Shown one piece after another: positions 28,639-38,012 of a stretch of 64,000 nt of DNA. The DNA comes from Bdellovibrio sp. (GTDB taxonomy: Bacteria; Bdellovibrionota; Bdellovibrionia; Bdellovibrionales; Bdellovibrionaceae). The position numbers and the translations under genes are program-made. Under the pieces are notes generated by a model. That model saw nothing but the letters and a program-made list of their open reading frames with translations, was not told the DNA's origin and did not search any database. The DNA is taken from positions 128,001-192,000 of the forward strand of contig JAKFBS010000011.1 in the NCBI GenBank assembly GCA_036677065.1, in the 5' to 3' direction. Each line of letters opens with the position of its first letter. The first letter of the stretch is position 1.

Positions 28639-29580
28639 TTACAACCGATATTTATCGGCGATTTTCTTAACCTGACTGTAACCTAATTCAGAGCCTTTGA
28701 CCATGATATCGCGGCGTTTATCAAAATCATCGATATCGTAATCGCTTAGATCAATATCAATAACTTCATCGATGCCTGGGTTTTTCTTAGCGATAGAGGC
28801 TGCAAACTGCCCCCAGATCTGGTTTTCAGCCGAATCAGCTGATTTAATGATGCTTGAGTCATTTTTACCCGCGATCACGTTGATCAAAATGATCTTATTC
28901 ACACCCGTAGCTTTTAAATGCTGGATCGTTAAATTCAGATCAGTCAAATTAGCAACACTATTGCCAAAGGGTTTTACGATACCCGCTGAAGGTATACAGA
29001 ATGGTAAAAACTGATCAACCTGACCGCGGTTTAACATGTAACTAGTTTTAGTTTTTAAATTCACTGATGGACAAACGAACGGCATTTTAAAATCTTGCGT
29101 GGTTTTACGGCCGAAAGCTGCTTGCACGAATTCTTGCCAGTCATCAATATCTTTAAATTTGGCTAATTCCCATTCAACTTCATTTACTGAAGCGTTTTGC
29201 GCAAAACTTGCGGCCACAACTGAACCCCATTCAATGCCAGCAACACTGATCACCGGAAATTTAAATTTTTGCATTTCTTTTAAAACGCCGACATGCGCCC
29301 AAGCTTTAGCTCCACCTGCAGAAAAGATAATTCCAAACTTAGGAAGCCCTTTTACCGCACCAGTTGTAAACTGGGGTGTAATAATTTGTGGAGTCACAAC
29401 TACGGGAGCCGAAACTGTAGGTAGCGCCGGTGTTTGTTGAGTTATCGTCGTTGTAGTTCCAGAAGTGACCACCTGGGGAGTAAATGGTTTTGTCGGCTGA
29501 GCTCTGCGCATCGACTGACAACCAAAAGTAAACAGAACTGAAATCAAAGCTAAAAATAGAAAATTATTTTTTACGACCAT
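28639..29580 (-). CDS. Patatin-like lipoprotein with degenerate catalytic site
   Basis: SAGGAKAWAHVGVL Gly-loop, but GIEWG in place of GxSxG; lipobox TFGC; start moved to ATG 29580 (AAGGAG RBS). Confidence 0.7.
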   Translation of the reverse strand: MVVKNNFLFLALISVLFTFGCQSMRRAQPTKPFTPQVVTSGTTTTITQQTPALPTVSAPVVVTPQIITPQFTTGAVKGLPKFGIIFSAGGAKAWAHVGVLKEMQKFKFPVISVAGIEWGSVVAASFAQNASVNEVEWELAKFKDIDDWQEFVQAAFGRKTTQDFKMPFVCPSVNLKTKTSYMLNRGQVDQFLPFCIPSAGIVKPFGNSVANLTDLNLTIQHLKATGVNKIILINVIAGKNDSSIIKSADSAENQIWGQFAASIAKKNPGIDEVIDIDLSDYDIDDFDKRRDIMVKGSELGYSQVKKIADKYRL

Positions 29581-30301
29581 AAATGAAGAACTCCTTGTTG
29601 CCATCTTTTCCAGTGATCGAACTTTCAAAGTATTTACATTCACATTGAAATAGATTTTCGCAAAGTGAAGTTATGTTCGTTTGGATGGTGTTGTAGACCT
29701 TAGCATCACTGACAATACCATTTTTATCAAGGGCCTGTGGGCCACATTCAAACTGGGGCTTTACGAGCAATAAGAAAAAGCCTTTTGTCTTAAGGAGTGG
29801 TTCCAAAAAGGCAACGACCTTCGTCAGGGAAATAAACGAAACATCGCACACAATCCCATCAAAACGTTCGTTTGCTAAGGCATGAGTTGCAATGTCTTTT
29901 ACATTTAAATTTTCATAATATGTTACACGAGAATCAGATTTAATCTTTTCATGCAACTGCACTGAACCAACATCTAATCCAGTGACATGTTTGGCATCAC
30001 GCTGAAGTAAGGCATCAGTAAAACCACCGGTTGATTGCCCGACATCTAAAATTGTAAGGCCTGTTACATCTTGGTTAACAAAATCCAAAGCCCCCGCAAG
30101 TTTAAAACCGGCACGTGAAACATACTGGTTTAAATTATTTTCTGCGATTGTGATCTCAGAAAACATGTCTTCAATCACTTCAAAACTTGGTTTAGTTAAA
30201 ACTTTATTTTTTAAAAACACTAATCCTTGAGCGATCAAATCTTGCGCTTTCGTGCGAGATTCTATTTTTTTATACTGTACAAGAAAAAGATCTAAACGCA
30301 T
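29564..30301 (-). CDS. tlyA: TlyA family rRNA methyltransferase
   Basis: MRLD S4 domain, YVSRAGFKL, DVGQSTGGFTD, DVSFISL, LVKPQFE and GKDGNKEF. Confidence 0.94.
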   Translation of the reverse strand: MRLDLFLVQYKKIESRTKAQDLIAQGLVFLKNKVLTKPSFEVIEDMFSEITIAENNLNQYVSRAGFKLAGALDFVNQDVTGLTILDVGQSTGGFTDALLQRDAKHVTGLDVGSVQLHEKIKSDSRVTYYENLNVKDIATHALANERFDGIVCDVSFISLTKVVAFLEPLLKTKGFFLLLVKPQFECGPQALDKNGIVSDAKVYNTIQTNITSLCENLFQCECKYFESSITGKDGNKEFFIYGRKK

Positions 30302-31159
30302 TTATGCATTTCTATTTTGATTATAAAGAACTAAATCTTTAAGTGGTTGAATATTTAAATGAGCAAGAGATACTAACGCTTGGGTTGAGATTTCAACTTG
30401 TTTTGCTAATTCGGCTTTAGTTTTGTCTAAACCAATCAAGGCGATGTAGCTTTTAAAATCCTGATCTTTATCGCCAGCATCTAAAATATCGTCTTTAATC
30501 TGAAACGCTAATCCGATCGACGAAGCGAAAGCTGCAAAAGCTTTAGTTTCAGTATCATTAGCTTCAGAAATGGCTGCGCCGCCCATAACTGCCGCTTCGA
30601 TAAGAGCACCGGTTTTTAACCGATGCATAAGTTCAACCTGCGAAAGTGTAATATCAGATGTGCTTTTCATATCTAAAACTTGGCCACCGATCATTCCTAG
30701 TGCGCCTGCTTTAGTTGATAGTAACTGAATTAATTGAACAGCTAATTTTGGGTTATGTGCATATTCAAAAGCTAATAAAGACAAAGCTTGGGTCTGAAAA
30801 GCATCACCCGCTAATAGCGCAATGTCTTCACCGAACACTTTATGATTCGTTGCTTTTCCACGTCGAATATCATCGTTATCCATGCATGGTAAATCGTCGT
30901 GAATCAGTGAATAGGTGTGAATCATTTCTGTAGCCATGGCGAAAGCCAAATAATTCTGAGGCTTATTGTAAGCTTTCACCACTAGCGAAGTTAGAAACGG
31001 ACGAAATCTTTTACCACCCGATTCGAACGAGTATTTAAGGCTATCCCATAACACATTAACTTCCGGAAGCTTTTGCGAAAGCTGAGTTAATGAATTTGCA
31101 GCGTACTGATCAAATTCAGCAATAAAGTGGGTTTGTAACTGCAAAAGTTCTGGGGTCAT
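30302..31159 (-). CDS. ispA: Farnesyl/geranylgeranyl diphosphate synthase
   Basis: GGKRFRP, SLIHDDLPCMDNDDIRRG, GQVLD, KTGAL and FQIKDD. Confidence 0.93.
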   Translation of the reverse strand: MTPELLQLQTHFIAEFDQYAANSLTQLSQKLPEVNVLWDSLKYSFESGGKRFRPFLTSLVVKAYNKPQNYLAFAMATEMIHTYSLIHDDLPCMDNDDIRRGKATNHKVFGEDIALLAGDAFQTQALSLLAFEYAHNPKLAVQLIQLLSTKAGALGMIGGQVLDMKSTSDITLSQVELMHRLKTGALIEAAVMGGAAISEANDTETKAFAAFASSIGLAFQIKDDILDAGDKDQDFKSYIALIGLDKTKAELAKQVEISTQALVSLAHLNIQPLKDLVLYNQNRNA

Positions 31160-31167
31160 ATAAAAAA

Positions 31168-31392
31168 CTAGTTTTCTTCAGAAAATTTTTCGGTAACAGC
31201 ATTACCTTTATCATCAACAGAAACTAATTTTTTAACCTGGGCCTCAGCTGTTGTTAGTTGACCGTGGCAATCACGAGAAAGCTTAACGCCTTCTTCAAAT
31301 AACTTTAAAGAATCATCTAACGATAATTCACCTTTTTCCATTTTTTGTACGATCTCTTCTAAGCGATTTAATTTTTTTTCAAAATCCATCAC
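31168..31392 (-). CDS. xseB: Exodeoxyribonuclease VII small subunit
   Basis: FEKKLNRLEEIVQKMEKGELSLDDSLKLFEEG. Confidence 0.93.
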   Translation of the reverse strand: MMDFEKKLNRLEEIVQKMEKGELSLDDSLKLFEEGVKLSRDCHGQLTTAEAQVKKLVSVDDKGNAVTEKFSEEN

Positions 31393-31398
31393 ATACTC

Positions 31399-32748
31399 CT
31401 ATTTAATATTTTTAACTTCTGTTTCAATTGTTCCGTCAGCAACTTTGATTGCCAGTAAGTCGCCGACTTTCACTTGTTTCACTGACTTCACAACGTCTTT
31501 ACCTTTGGTCGTAATGCTATAACCGCGATCTACAACCTTCAGCGGACTTAATGAATCCAATAACGCCATTGCACTTTCAACACGAAACTTAAATTGCGTC
31601 AGATTTTTTGTAAGACTATTGCTTAATTTTTGCTGACGCTGCTGCAATGAAACTTTTTTAATTTCGATAACTTGTTTTGGCGAAACCAACCGTGAACGCA
31701 ACAACTGGATATCACGGCGCGCATGCGATAAGTAATTCGTCATCGCCAGATCCATGCGGGAATACAAATCATCATTGCGGATAAATAAATCCTGCAATTT
31801 CTTTTTAGGATCTACTAAGCGTTTTGCCTGTAATAACAATGATTGCTGCTTGTGCTGCAAGCGACGCTGAATCGCTAAACGTAATAATCTTTCAAGTTGC
31901 TCTAATTTATTGATAATCTCGACAGAGCTTTTCGCCACTAATTCAGCAGCAGCTGATGGGGTCGGTGCACGCAGATCGGCAACGAAATCACAAATGGTAA
32001 AATCAATTTCATGGCCTACGGCTGAGATCACAGGAATTTTACTATCAGCAATTGTGCGCGCTAACCTTTCATCATTGAAACACCACATATCTTCAATCGA
32101 TCCACCACCGCGGCCGATGATGATGACATCTGGTTTAAGCAGTTCTGCTTTTTTAAATGCTTCAACTAATGACGGAGCTGCGGCTGCACCTTGCACGATC
32201 GCAGGAACTACAATCACTTGTACACCGCGTGCACGACGGTTCATGATATTTAAAATATCTTGGATAGCCGCACCTGTTGGCGAAGTTACGATCGCTACAG
32301 TTTTTGGATAAGTTGGAATTGGTTGTTTTCTAGCCGAGTCAAACAAACCTTCGGTTTTTAATTTATCACGCAATTGTTCAAACTGTTTTTGTAAAGCGCC
32401 GGCGCCAACTGGCTCCATCATTTCACAGGCAATTGAATAAGTACCACGTGGTTCGTAAACAGTAATTTTACCGCGCACGATCACTTCAAGACCATCATGA
32501 GGTTTGAATTTTAATTTCGAATTGTGGCCACGAAACATCATCGCGCTGATTTGTGCTTTTGAATCTTTTAACGAAAAATAAAAATGCCCTGAAGAGTGTG
32601 GCTTGAAATTTGAGATTTCACCTTTGATCCAAATAGTCCCAACATTGGTTTCGATCAGACCACGCAGAATATTATTAACCTGTTCAACAGAAAAGATTTG
32701 TGGTGCTGCGGTGCTAGGAGCGTTTGTGGAATTTACCTCTTGCGACAT
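31399..32748 (-). CDS. xseA: Exodeoxyribonuclease VII large subunit
   Basis: GEISNFK..SSGHFYFSLKD, RGGGSIED, SAVGHEID and RAPTPSAAAE. Confidence 0.96.
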   Translation of the reverse strand: MSQEVNSTNAPSTAAPQIFSVEQVNNILRGLIETNVGTIWIKGEISNFKPHSSGHFYFSLKDSKAQISAMMFRGHNSKLKFKPHDGLEVIVRGKITVYEPRGTYSIACEMMEPVGAGALQKQFEQLRDKLKTEGLFDSARKQPIPTYPKTVAIVTSPTGAAIQDILNIMNRRARGVQVIVVPAIVQGAAAAPSLVEAFKKAELLKPDVIIIGRGGGSIEDMWCFNDERLARTIADSKIPVISAVGHEIDFTICDFVADLRAPTPSAAAELVAKSSVEIINKLEQLERLLRLAIQRRLQHKQQSLLLQAKRLVDPKKKLQDLFIRNDDLYSRMDLAMTNYLSHARRDIQLLRSRLVSPKQVIEIKKVSLQQRQQKLSNSLTKNLTQFKFRVESAMALLDSLSPLKVVDRGYSITTKGKDVVKSVKQVKVGDLLAIKVADGTIETEVKNIK

Positions 32749-32760
32749 CCACGAAATGTA

Positions 32761-32970
32761 TCAAGAAAACCAGAGATTTTGCAATGACCAAAGACCGCCA
32801 ACATAGAGCGATATTACAGCCAAATGACGGTGCTTTTCAAACTGGGCGTGATAGACAGGCATTTCCTTCTGGGCCAATTTTACTAAATATGGGATTTCAA
32901 GCACAAAAGTGAGCACCAGACCATAAAAGAAAACTAAAAATGGGAAATAAAAATCAATTTGCGAAATCAT
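32761..32970 (-). CDS. Small two-TM hypothetical protein
   Basis: Two hydrophobic segments, co-oriented upstream of xseA. Confidence 0.6.
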   Translation of the reverse strand: MISQIDFYFPFLVFFYGLVLTFVLEIPYLVKLAQKEMPVYHAQFEKHRHLAVISLYVGGLWSLQNLWFS

Positions 32971-33049
32971 GCCAACCCTTCGGGCTTTTTTTTCACTTTC
33001 TGGAGTCCTGATGCATAGACTTTTTTAGGATCTTTGATATTATGAAGTT

Positions 33050-33220
33050 GGGGGTTCGCTGACGTAAAACTCATCGAAAATAAACCTTACAAGCTTATAT
33101 ACGGGATCTGTCCCTGACAATGGTGTGCAAGCTCACCTCGTAGTGAGAAGCCTAAAGTTGTTATATGGAAACCCACCTAGCGAAAAGAGGTTTATGTTTC
33201 AGAGTTGTCTTCGAGCCTTT
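33050..33220 (+). ncRNA. ssrS: Probable 6S RNA
   Basis: ~170-nt non-coding rod: GGGGTTCG/CGAGCCTT, AACTC/GAGTT and GAAAATAAACCT/AGGTTTATGTTTC pair around a central bubble; ACGGGA and ACCCACCT motifs as in 6S RNAs; TAGACT...TATTAT promoter upstream and T-run downstream. Confidence 0.65.
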
Positions 33221-33350
33221 TTTTTATTCTCTTTTAGAGTCAATACGTTGGCCTTAAAGTCCTGTTTCACAATGAGAAACTGGACCATTTTTCTCTCTTA
33301 AAATCCGATAAATTCATCAATCTTTACCTTACTTTGACCGATAAATACTT

Positions 33351-35492
33351 GTGGTTTTCACGAGCAGATTTTTGATTTTATTTAGCTTATTTTTATTAAC
33401 AGCTTTTACGCAAAGCTGTGGTCCCCGTTTAAGTTCTGAAGCCCAAGAATTTTTATCGCAATCACAAGAAGTTCCTGCATGTACCACAGAGTACAGTTAT
33501 GCAAGCTCGGTAAATGTATCGGCACAAGCCATATTTTTTAAACGTGGCACCGAACCTGTTATCGTTAACAATAAAATTACAAATTTAATTTTAAGTGATC
33601 CACTCGTTGATGGTCTTCCGATTCCATATGCTGAAGTTGCAGTTTACACGAGTGACAAACAATTAGTGCAATGTGGAGTGACCGACGTTGCTGGTAATCT
33701 TATGGGCTTATCAGGTGGTGCATTAGAAATTCCAGACACACCTCAATCTTATATTATCCGTGTTTATGCTCGTGCTAACAAAGTAATGCCAACCAAAGGT
33801 TTCACAGCAAACGCCGCCGTTAAAGAAGATCCTTACACAAATAAAGTTCATTACATCGAAACAACATTTGATTCTGATGGCGTTAATACCACACCGATTT
33901 CATTAATCGCCTATGCCCGTCAAACTGATGATGTAAATATCAAAGGTGGCGCATTTAATATTTATAATAATTTCATCCAGACTTACATTTATCTGGATGG
34001 TAACTTATCGGTTCCAAACTCTGAGCTAACTTGCCTATCAAAACAATTCAGTATGTACTGGAAGCCCGGATTTAATCCGTTTCAATACGAATACCCAAAT
34101 GCTGATCCAAATACTTTAGTGAATTCATCTTACTACAAACATGAATCAGATAGTTTATTTATCAGCGGTGGCCAAGTGGGTGATATCAGTTTGGCAAACA
34201 CTGATCACTTCGATGATTTTGCTTCAATTCATGAGATAGGTCATTTTATTGAAGACCAATGCGGGCGCTTTGATACTCCGGGCGGAGGTCATGCGATTAT
34301 TGTACGTATCGATCCACGCTTAGCGTGGCATGAAGCCTGGGCAAATTATTTTGCCGGCGTAGTCACCAATACTCGCATGAATTTTATAAATCCAGAAATG
34401 AGCACTCGCTTAGCTGCAAGCCCAACGGGTGATTTAAGTTGGAGCTTTTTATTTAACTCATTTGGCTTTTCTGATTCTGTCCAAAATGTCGGTAATGGCA
34501 CAGGCTTTATGATGGATCTTAAAAAACCAGGAACTTCTCCGGGCGAATGGCAAATTGCACCGTATTTTGGTTCACCGTTTGATCAGGTTAATCCCACGCT
34601 TTATCCCGGCGAAGGGCATTTTCGCGAAGGCGCCATCACCCGCGCTTTGTTTAAAATGACTGTAGCGCCAGCTACACTTTGTTCGTCATGCGGAAGTTCA
34701 GTGTTTGCCTCTAGTCCGGTCCCATTCAATGTGATGTGGCAGGCTTTTGATGCCAACGGCGGTATGGGTGATTCTACAAATCACTTTTCAAGCTCAAATC
34801 AATTTTTAGAAAAAGTTAAAACTATACTTACTGCACCAACCTGGGCTTCATTTGTTCAAGGTGCCGCTGACGCCGAGGCATTACATTTATTTTCTGATCA
34901 GAATTTAGCTTCTGTTTCTAAAAAATATGTTACTGATATTACTGGTACCGATTATTTAAATTGGGTTCCTTTGGGTCACAAGCTGCAGCAATCAGTTTGC
35001 ACCAAGCCAACGCTCATGCAAGAGCGCAGTGATGACCCGGCATTTACCGGAATCAATTCTGATCAACGTTATTCAAATCACTTCTATATGCTCGATCCGA
35101 GCGTACTATCAGGGCTTAGCACCTTATCGATTACATTTACTAAATTAACTGGTACAGACACAGACCACGATATCATTATATTTGATGAAGCTTATCGCTT
35201 TAACGGTGATTACGCCTGCAAACAACCTGAAACCGATGATGGCAATTGCCCAGGCAATGAATACGAACCTTCACGGTCAACAAATGCTTTTGTGGTTGCG
35301 TCTAATCGCGCTGCTTCTTCAAACCTAAATAGTAATTATACAAAATCAATTTCAAGTCTTTTAACAAAACTTGATCCGACAAAAAAATACTTACTTAATA
35401 TTCGCGCTTACACCGCTAATAAAAGTTTAAGCAATGCCACGTCATATAGCTATACTATGACGAGTAACTTGGGGACGCTATGCCCAGAATAA
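33351..35492 (+). CDS. Lipoprotein zinc metalloprotease (HEXXH gluzincin-type), paralog A
   Basis: Lipobox TQSC; DHFDD..IHEIGH, PGGGH, DPRLAWHEAWANY; C-terminal PPC-like DHDIII...YLLNIRAY. Confidence 0.75.
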   Translation: MVFTSRFLILFSLFLLTAFTQSCGPRLSSEAQEFLSQSQEVPACTTEYSYASSVNVSAQAIFFKRGTEPVIVNNKITNLILSDPLVDGLPIPYAEVAVYTSDKQLVQCGVTDVAGNLMGLSGGALEIPDTPQSYIIRVYARANKVMPTKGFTANAAVKEDPYTNKVHYIETTFDSDGVNTTPISLIAYARQTDDVNIKGGAFNIYNNFIQTYIYLDGNLSVPNSELTCLSKQFSMYWKPGFNPFQYEYPNADPNTLVNSSYYKHESDSLFISGGQVGDISLANTDHFDDFASIHEIGHFIEDQCGRFDTPGGGHAIIVRIDPRLAWHEAWANYFAGVVTNTRMNFINPEMSTRLAASPTGDLSWSFLFNSFGFSDSVQNVGNGTGFMMDLKKPGTSPGEWQIAPYFGSPFDQVNPTLYPGEGHFREGAITRALFKMTVAPATLCSSCGSSVFASSPVPFNVMWQAFDANGGMGDSTNHFSSSNQFLEKVKTILTAPTWASFVQGAADAEALHLFSDQNLASVSKKYVTDITGTDYLNWVPLGHKLQQSVCTKPTLMQERSDDPAFTGINSDQRYSNHFYMLDPSVLSGLSTLSITFTKLTGTDTDHDIIIFDEAYRFNGDYACKQPETDDGNCPGNEYEPSRSTNAFVVASNRAASSNLNSNYTKSISSLLTKLDPTKKYLLNIRAYTANKSLSNATSYSYTMTSNLGTLCPE

Positions 35493-35974
35493 TTCTGATT
35501 TCAATCTTAGCTTCATTATTTTTACTTCTTACGAGTTGTTACGACGAACAACCTGACAATAAACACGGTTTATCAAAATTGCCACTGACGCAATTTAGTT
35601 ACCGTGGAGTCGTTGATCGTACTATTAAATTAAATTTTAAAATTGAAAAAGGCGCAGTCAGTAAACTGATTGCCCACATCGAAACCGATTATGACTATAA
35701 TTTTCCATTAACTTATGAATGGAAGTTAGGTGAAGGCGTACAAGTTAGCTCAGGATCTCTTAAGGGCCAGATTTCAAGTATGCAAAAAAATTCTGCCTTA
35801 GAAATTGAACTTGAAGTTACAGGATTCAGTGGCGATATCGCCCGCTTTGCGCGTTTTGAAGTTATCGGATCTAACCCACAAAAACGCGCTTTTGCCGATG
35901 GTATCTTAAGTTCGCAAGATAAATCGTTTGAAAAAATCGTTCAAGAAATCGAAGAATACAAAAAAAGTAATTAA
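35480..35974 (+). CDS. Small lipoprotein partner A (beta-rich)
   Basis: Lipobox LTSC; overlaps the end of protease A; similar to 37991-38596. Confidence 0.78.
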   Translation: MPRIILISILASLFLLLTSCYDEQPDNKHGLSKLPLTQFSYRGVVDRTIKLNFKIEKGAVSKLIAHIETDYDYNFPLTYEWKLGEGVQVSSGSLKGQISSMQKNSALEIELEVTGFSGDIARFARFEVIGSNPQKRAFADGILSSQDKSFEKIVQEIEEYKKSN

Positions 35975-35987
35975 TAGGATTTTAATA

Positions 35988-38012
35988 ATGAACCCTGTGA
36001 CCGCTAGATTTTTTATTTTATTGTTACTAGCTTCCTTAATGGTGGCCTGTGGAAAAAGCTTTACGGTCAAACAGGAATTTCAAGCTCCCCCCGCTGCAAA
36101 CGAATCTGAATTTTGCTCAGTTTCGACAAGTTATAATCCAGGCGTTTTGGTTTCAGGCACTGCTAAATATCGTCGTCGCGGCACTAATTTACAAATCAAC
36201 AGTGGCGTTGTCACAAGTGCTACAACTGGTGCTGTTATTGCTACACCACTTCCAATTAAATATGCTGAAATTCGTGTTTTGAATACCGCAGGTGCGATCA
36301 TTCAATGCGGAACTACAAATAATATTGGCGAACTACGCGCACTTGATGGCACATCATCTCTGTTTTTACCTAACGATGCCGGGAATTTCACGATCGAAGT
36401 TCTTTCGCGTGCAAATTACACCTTTCCTTCTATTGGCAAACCAATTAGTGCGACCCTTTCTGCGGCAGTAAAAGAAGATCCTACTTCAAATACTATTTAT
36501 AAAATTTCTGGCACTTTAGCTTCAAGCGGCTTTGGCGGCAGTGCGAATTCGCCACTTAATTTGATTGCCGAAGCCAGCGAGTTTGCATCTAGTAAAATAG
36601 AAGGTGGCGCATTTAATATTTATAACGACTGGGTAACTACTTTTGAATATTTAACTAGTACAAGCAACACTGGAAGTTTAGACGTCAGTTGTTTGAATCC
36701 CCGTCTAGATATGTTTTGGAAAGCGGGATTTAACCCCGGTGCTTATCTTGGATATGACCCGAACAGCACAATTTCTTTTTACGCGCGTGATAATAACGAA
36801 CTTTATATTTGCGGTGGTGTCTCGGGCAATGTGTCTACTGCAGATACCGATCATTGGGATGACACGGTCATTTTACATGAGATTGGCCATCACATCGAAA
36901 ATGTCTGTGGCACAATGGATTCACCTGGTGGACAGCATTCAGCAAAGTACCGAATTGATCCACGCTTAGCTTGGTCTGAAGGCTGGGGAAATTTCATCGG
37001 CGGACACATTCTAAAAAACAATACGGCTAAAATTAATCCTAACTTAGTCAGCGCCCTACCTAATGGTGAATGGCTTCATTACAGCGATACCGTAGGTTAT
37101 GTCGAAGGCAGTCCTACTTTTAACGGTTCAGCTATTTTGATTCGTTTAAATAAAAATGGTAATGGCTCAGGCACTGGCGCCACCCATGATGCTGTGGATG
37201 CCGCAAATAATCCTGGTGAAAGTCACACGCGCGAAGCTTCAATTGCCCGTGGGTTATTTAAAGGTGTTAACACGTGTACAAACTGCGGTGGCGGCGTGGG
37301 ATTTGATAAATATTGGACAGCCCTTGGCCGTACCAGTGGCGGCATGGGGTTTTCTACGACACCATTCAGCAGCTCTGCTAAATTTTTTGCAAAAGCCTTT
37401 ACTGCAAATAGTAATTCTTTTTCTGCAACAATGACAAATATGATGACCAACGATGAAGCGCTTCACATGGTGGGATCAGCTTCTTTTACCGTAACGGCAG
37501 CTTCGTCATCTACCGGAAGTATTTCAACGAATGCTTGGCCTGGTTATGGAATAAAACTTACGACCAACACAAGTTGCAATCAAAACTTACTACAAGCGCG
37601 TAACTTAGATGAAACTTTCGGACTTGAAAGCGATCAGCGTTACACAAATCATTTCTTTGCTTTTAGAACATCGGATTTAAGTGGCGTGACTTCAATCCGT
37701 CTAGTGCCGGATAGCACATGCCCTGTAGATTTAGATCTTGTGGTTTTAAATTTAGGTTACTATTACATTGAAGATTGCGCCGATGGCACGTGTAGCAAAA
37801 AAGGCGTTGATGGCACTAACATCGTGACTGTGTCACGTGGACCCGCTGATACCACTGAGTCAGTGAGTATTTCAGGATTAAGCAGCAGTTATTATTTATT
37901 AAATGTACGCGGTTATTCGAGTAATCCGTTTCTGATCCCTAATAATAGCGCCTGCGTTTATAAATTGACCAATCAAAATGGGAGTACTTTATGTCCAAGC
38001 ACGTCGTATTAA
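35988..38012 (+). CDS. Lipoprotein zinc metalloprotease (HEXXH gluzincin-type), paralog B
   Basis: Start moved to ATG 35988 (AGGA RBS, lipobox MVAC); DHWDD..LHEIGH, PGGQH, DPRLAWSEGWGNF; DLDLVV...YLLNVRGY. Confidence 0.78.
   Translation: MNPVTARFFILLLLASLMVACGKSFTVKQEFQAPPAANESEFCSVSTSYNPGVLVSGTAKYRRRGTNLQINSGVVTSATTGAVIATPLPIKYAEIRVLNTAGAIIQCGTTNNIGELRALDGTSSLFLPNDAGNFTIEVLSRANYTFPSIGKPISATLSAAVKEDPTSNTIYKISGTLASSGFGGSANSPLNLIAEASEFASSKIEGGAFNIYNDWVTTFEYLTSTSNTGSLDVSCLNPRLDMFWKAGFNPGAYLGYDPNSTISFYARDNNELYICGGVSGNVSTADTDHWDDTVILHEIGHHIENVCGTMDSPGGQHSAKYRIDPRLAWSEGWGNFIGGHILKNNTAKINPNLVSALPNGEWLHYSDTVGYVEGSPTFNGSAILIRLNKNGNGSGTGATHDAVDAANNPGESHTREASIARGLFKGVNTCTNCGGGVGFDKYWTALGRTSGGMGFSTTPFSSSAKFFAKAFTANSNSFSATMTNMMTNDEALHMVGSASFTVTAASSSTGSISTNAWPGYGIKLTTNTSCNQNLLQARNLDETFGLESDQRYTNHFFAFRTSDLSGVTSIRLVPDSTCPVDLDLVVLNLGYYYIEDCADGTCSKKGVDGTNIVTVSRGPADTTESVSISGLSSSYYLLNVRGYSSNPFLIPNNSACVYKLTNQNGSTLCPSTSY

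Noticed and set aside
32974..32995. CCC-TTC-GGG mini-hairpin followed by a T-run
   Set aside because: The stem is too short and there is no credible plus-strand gene upstream; it overlaps the likely RBS region of the minus-strand small gene
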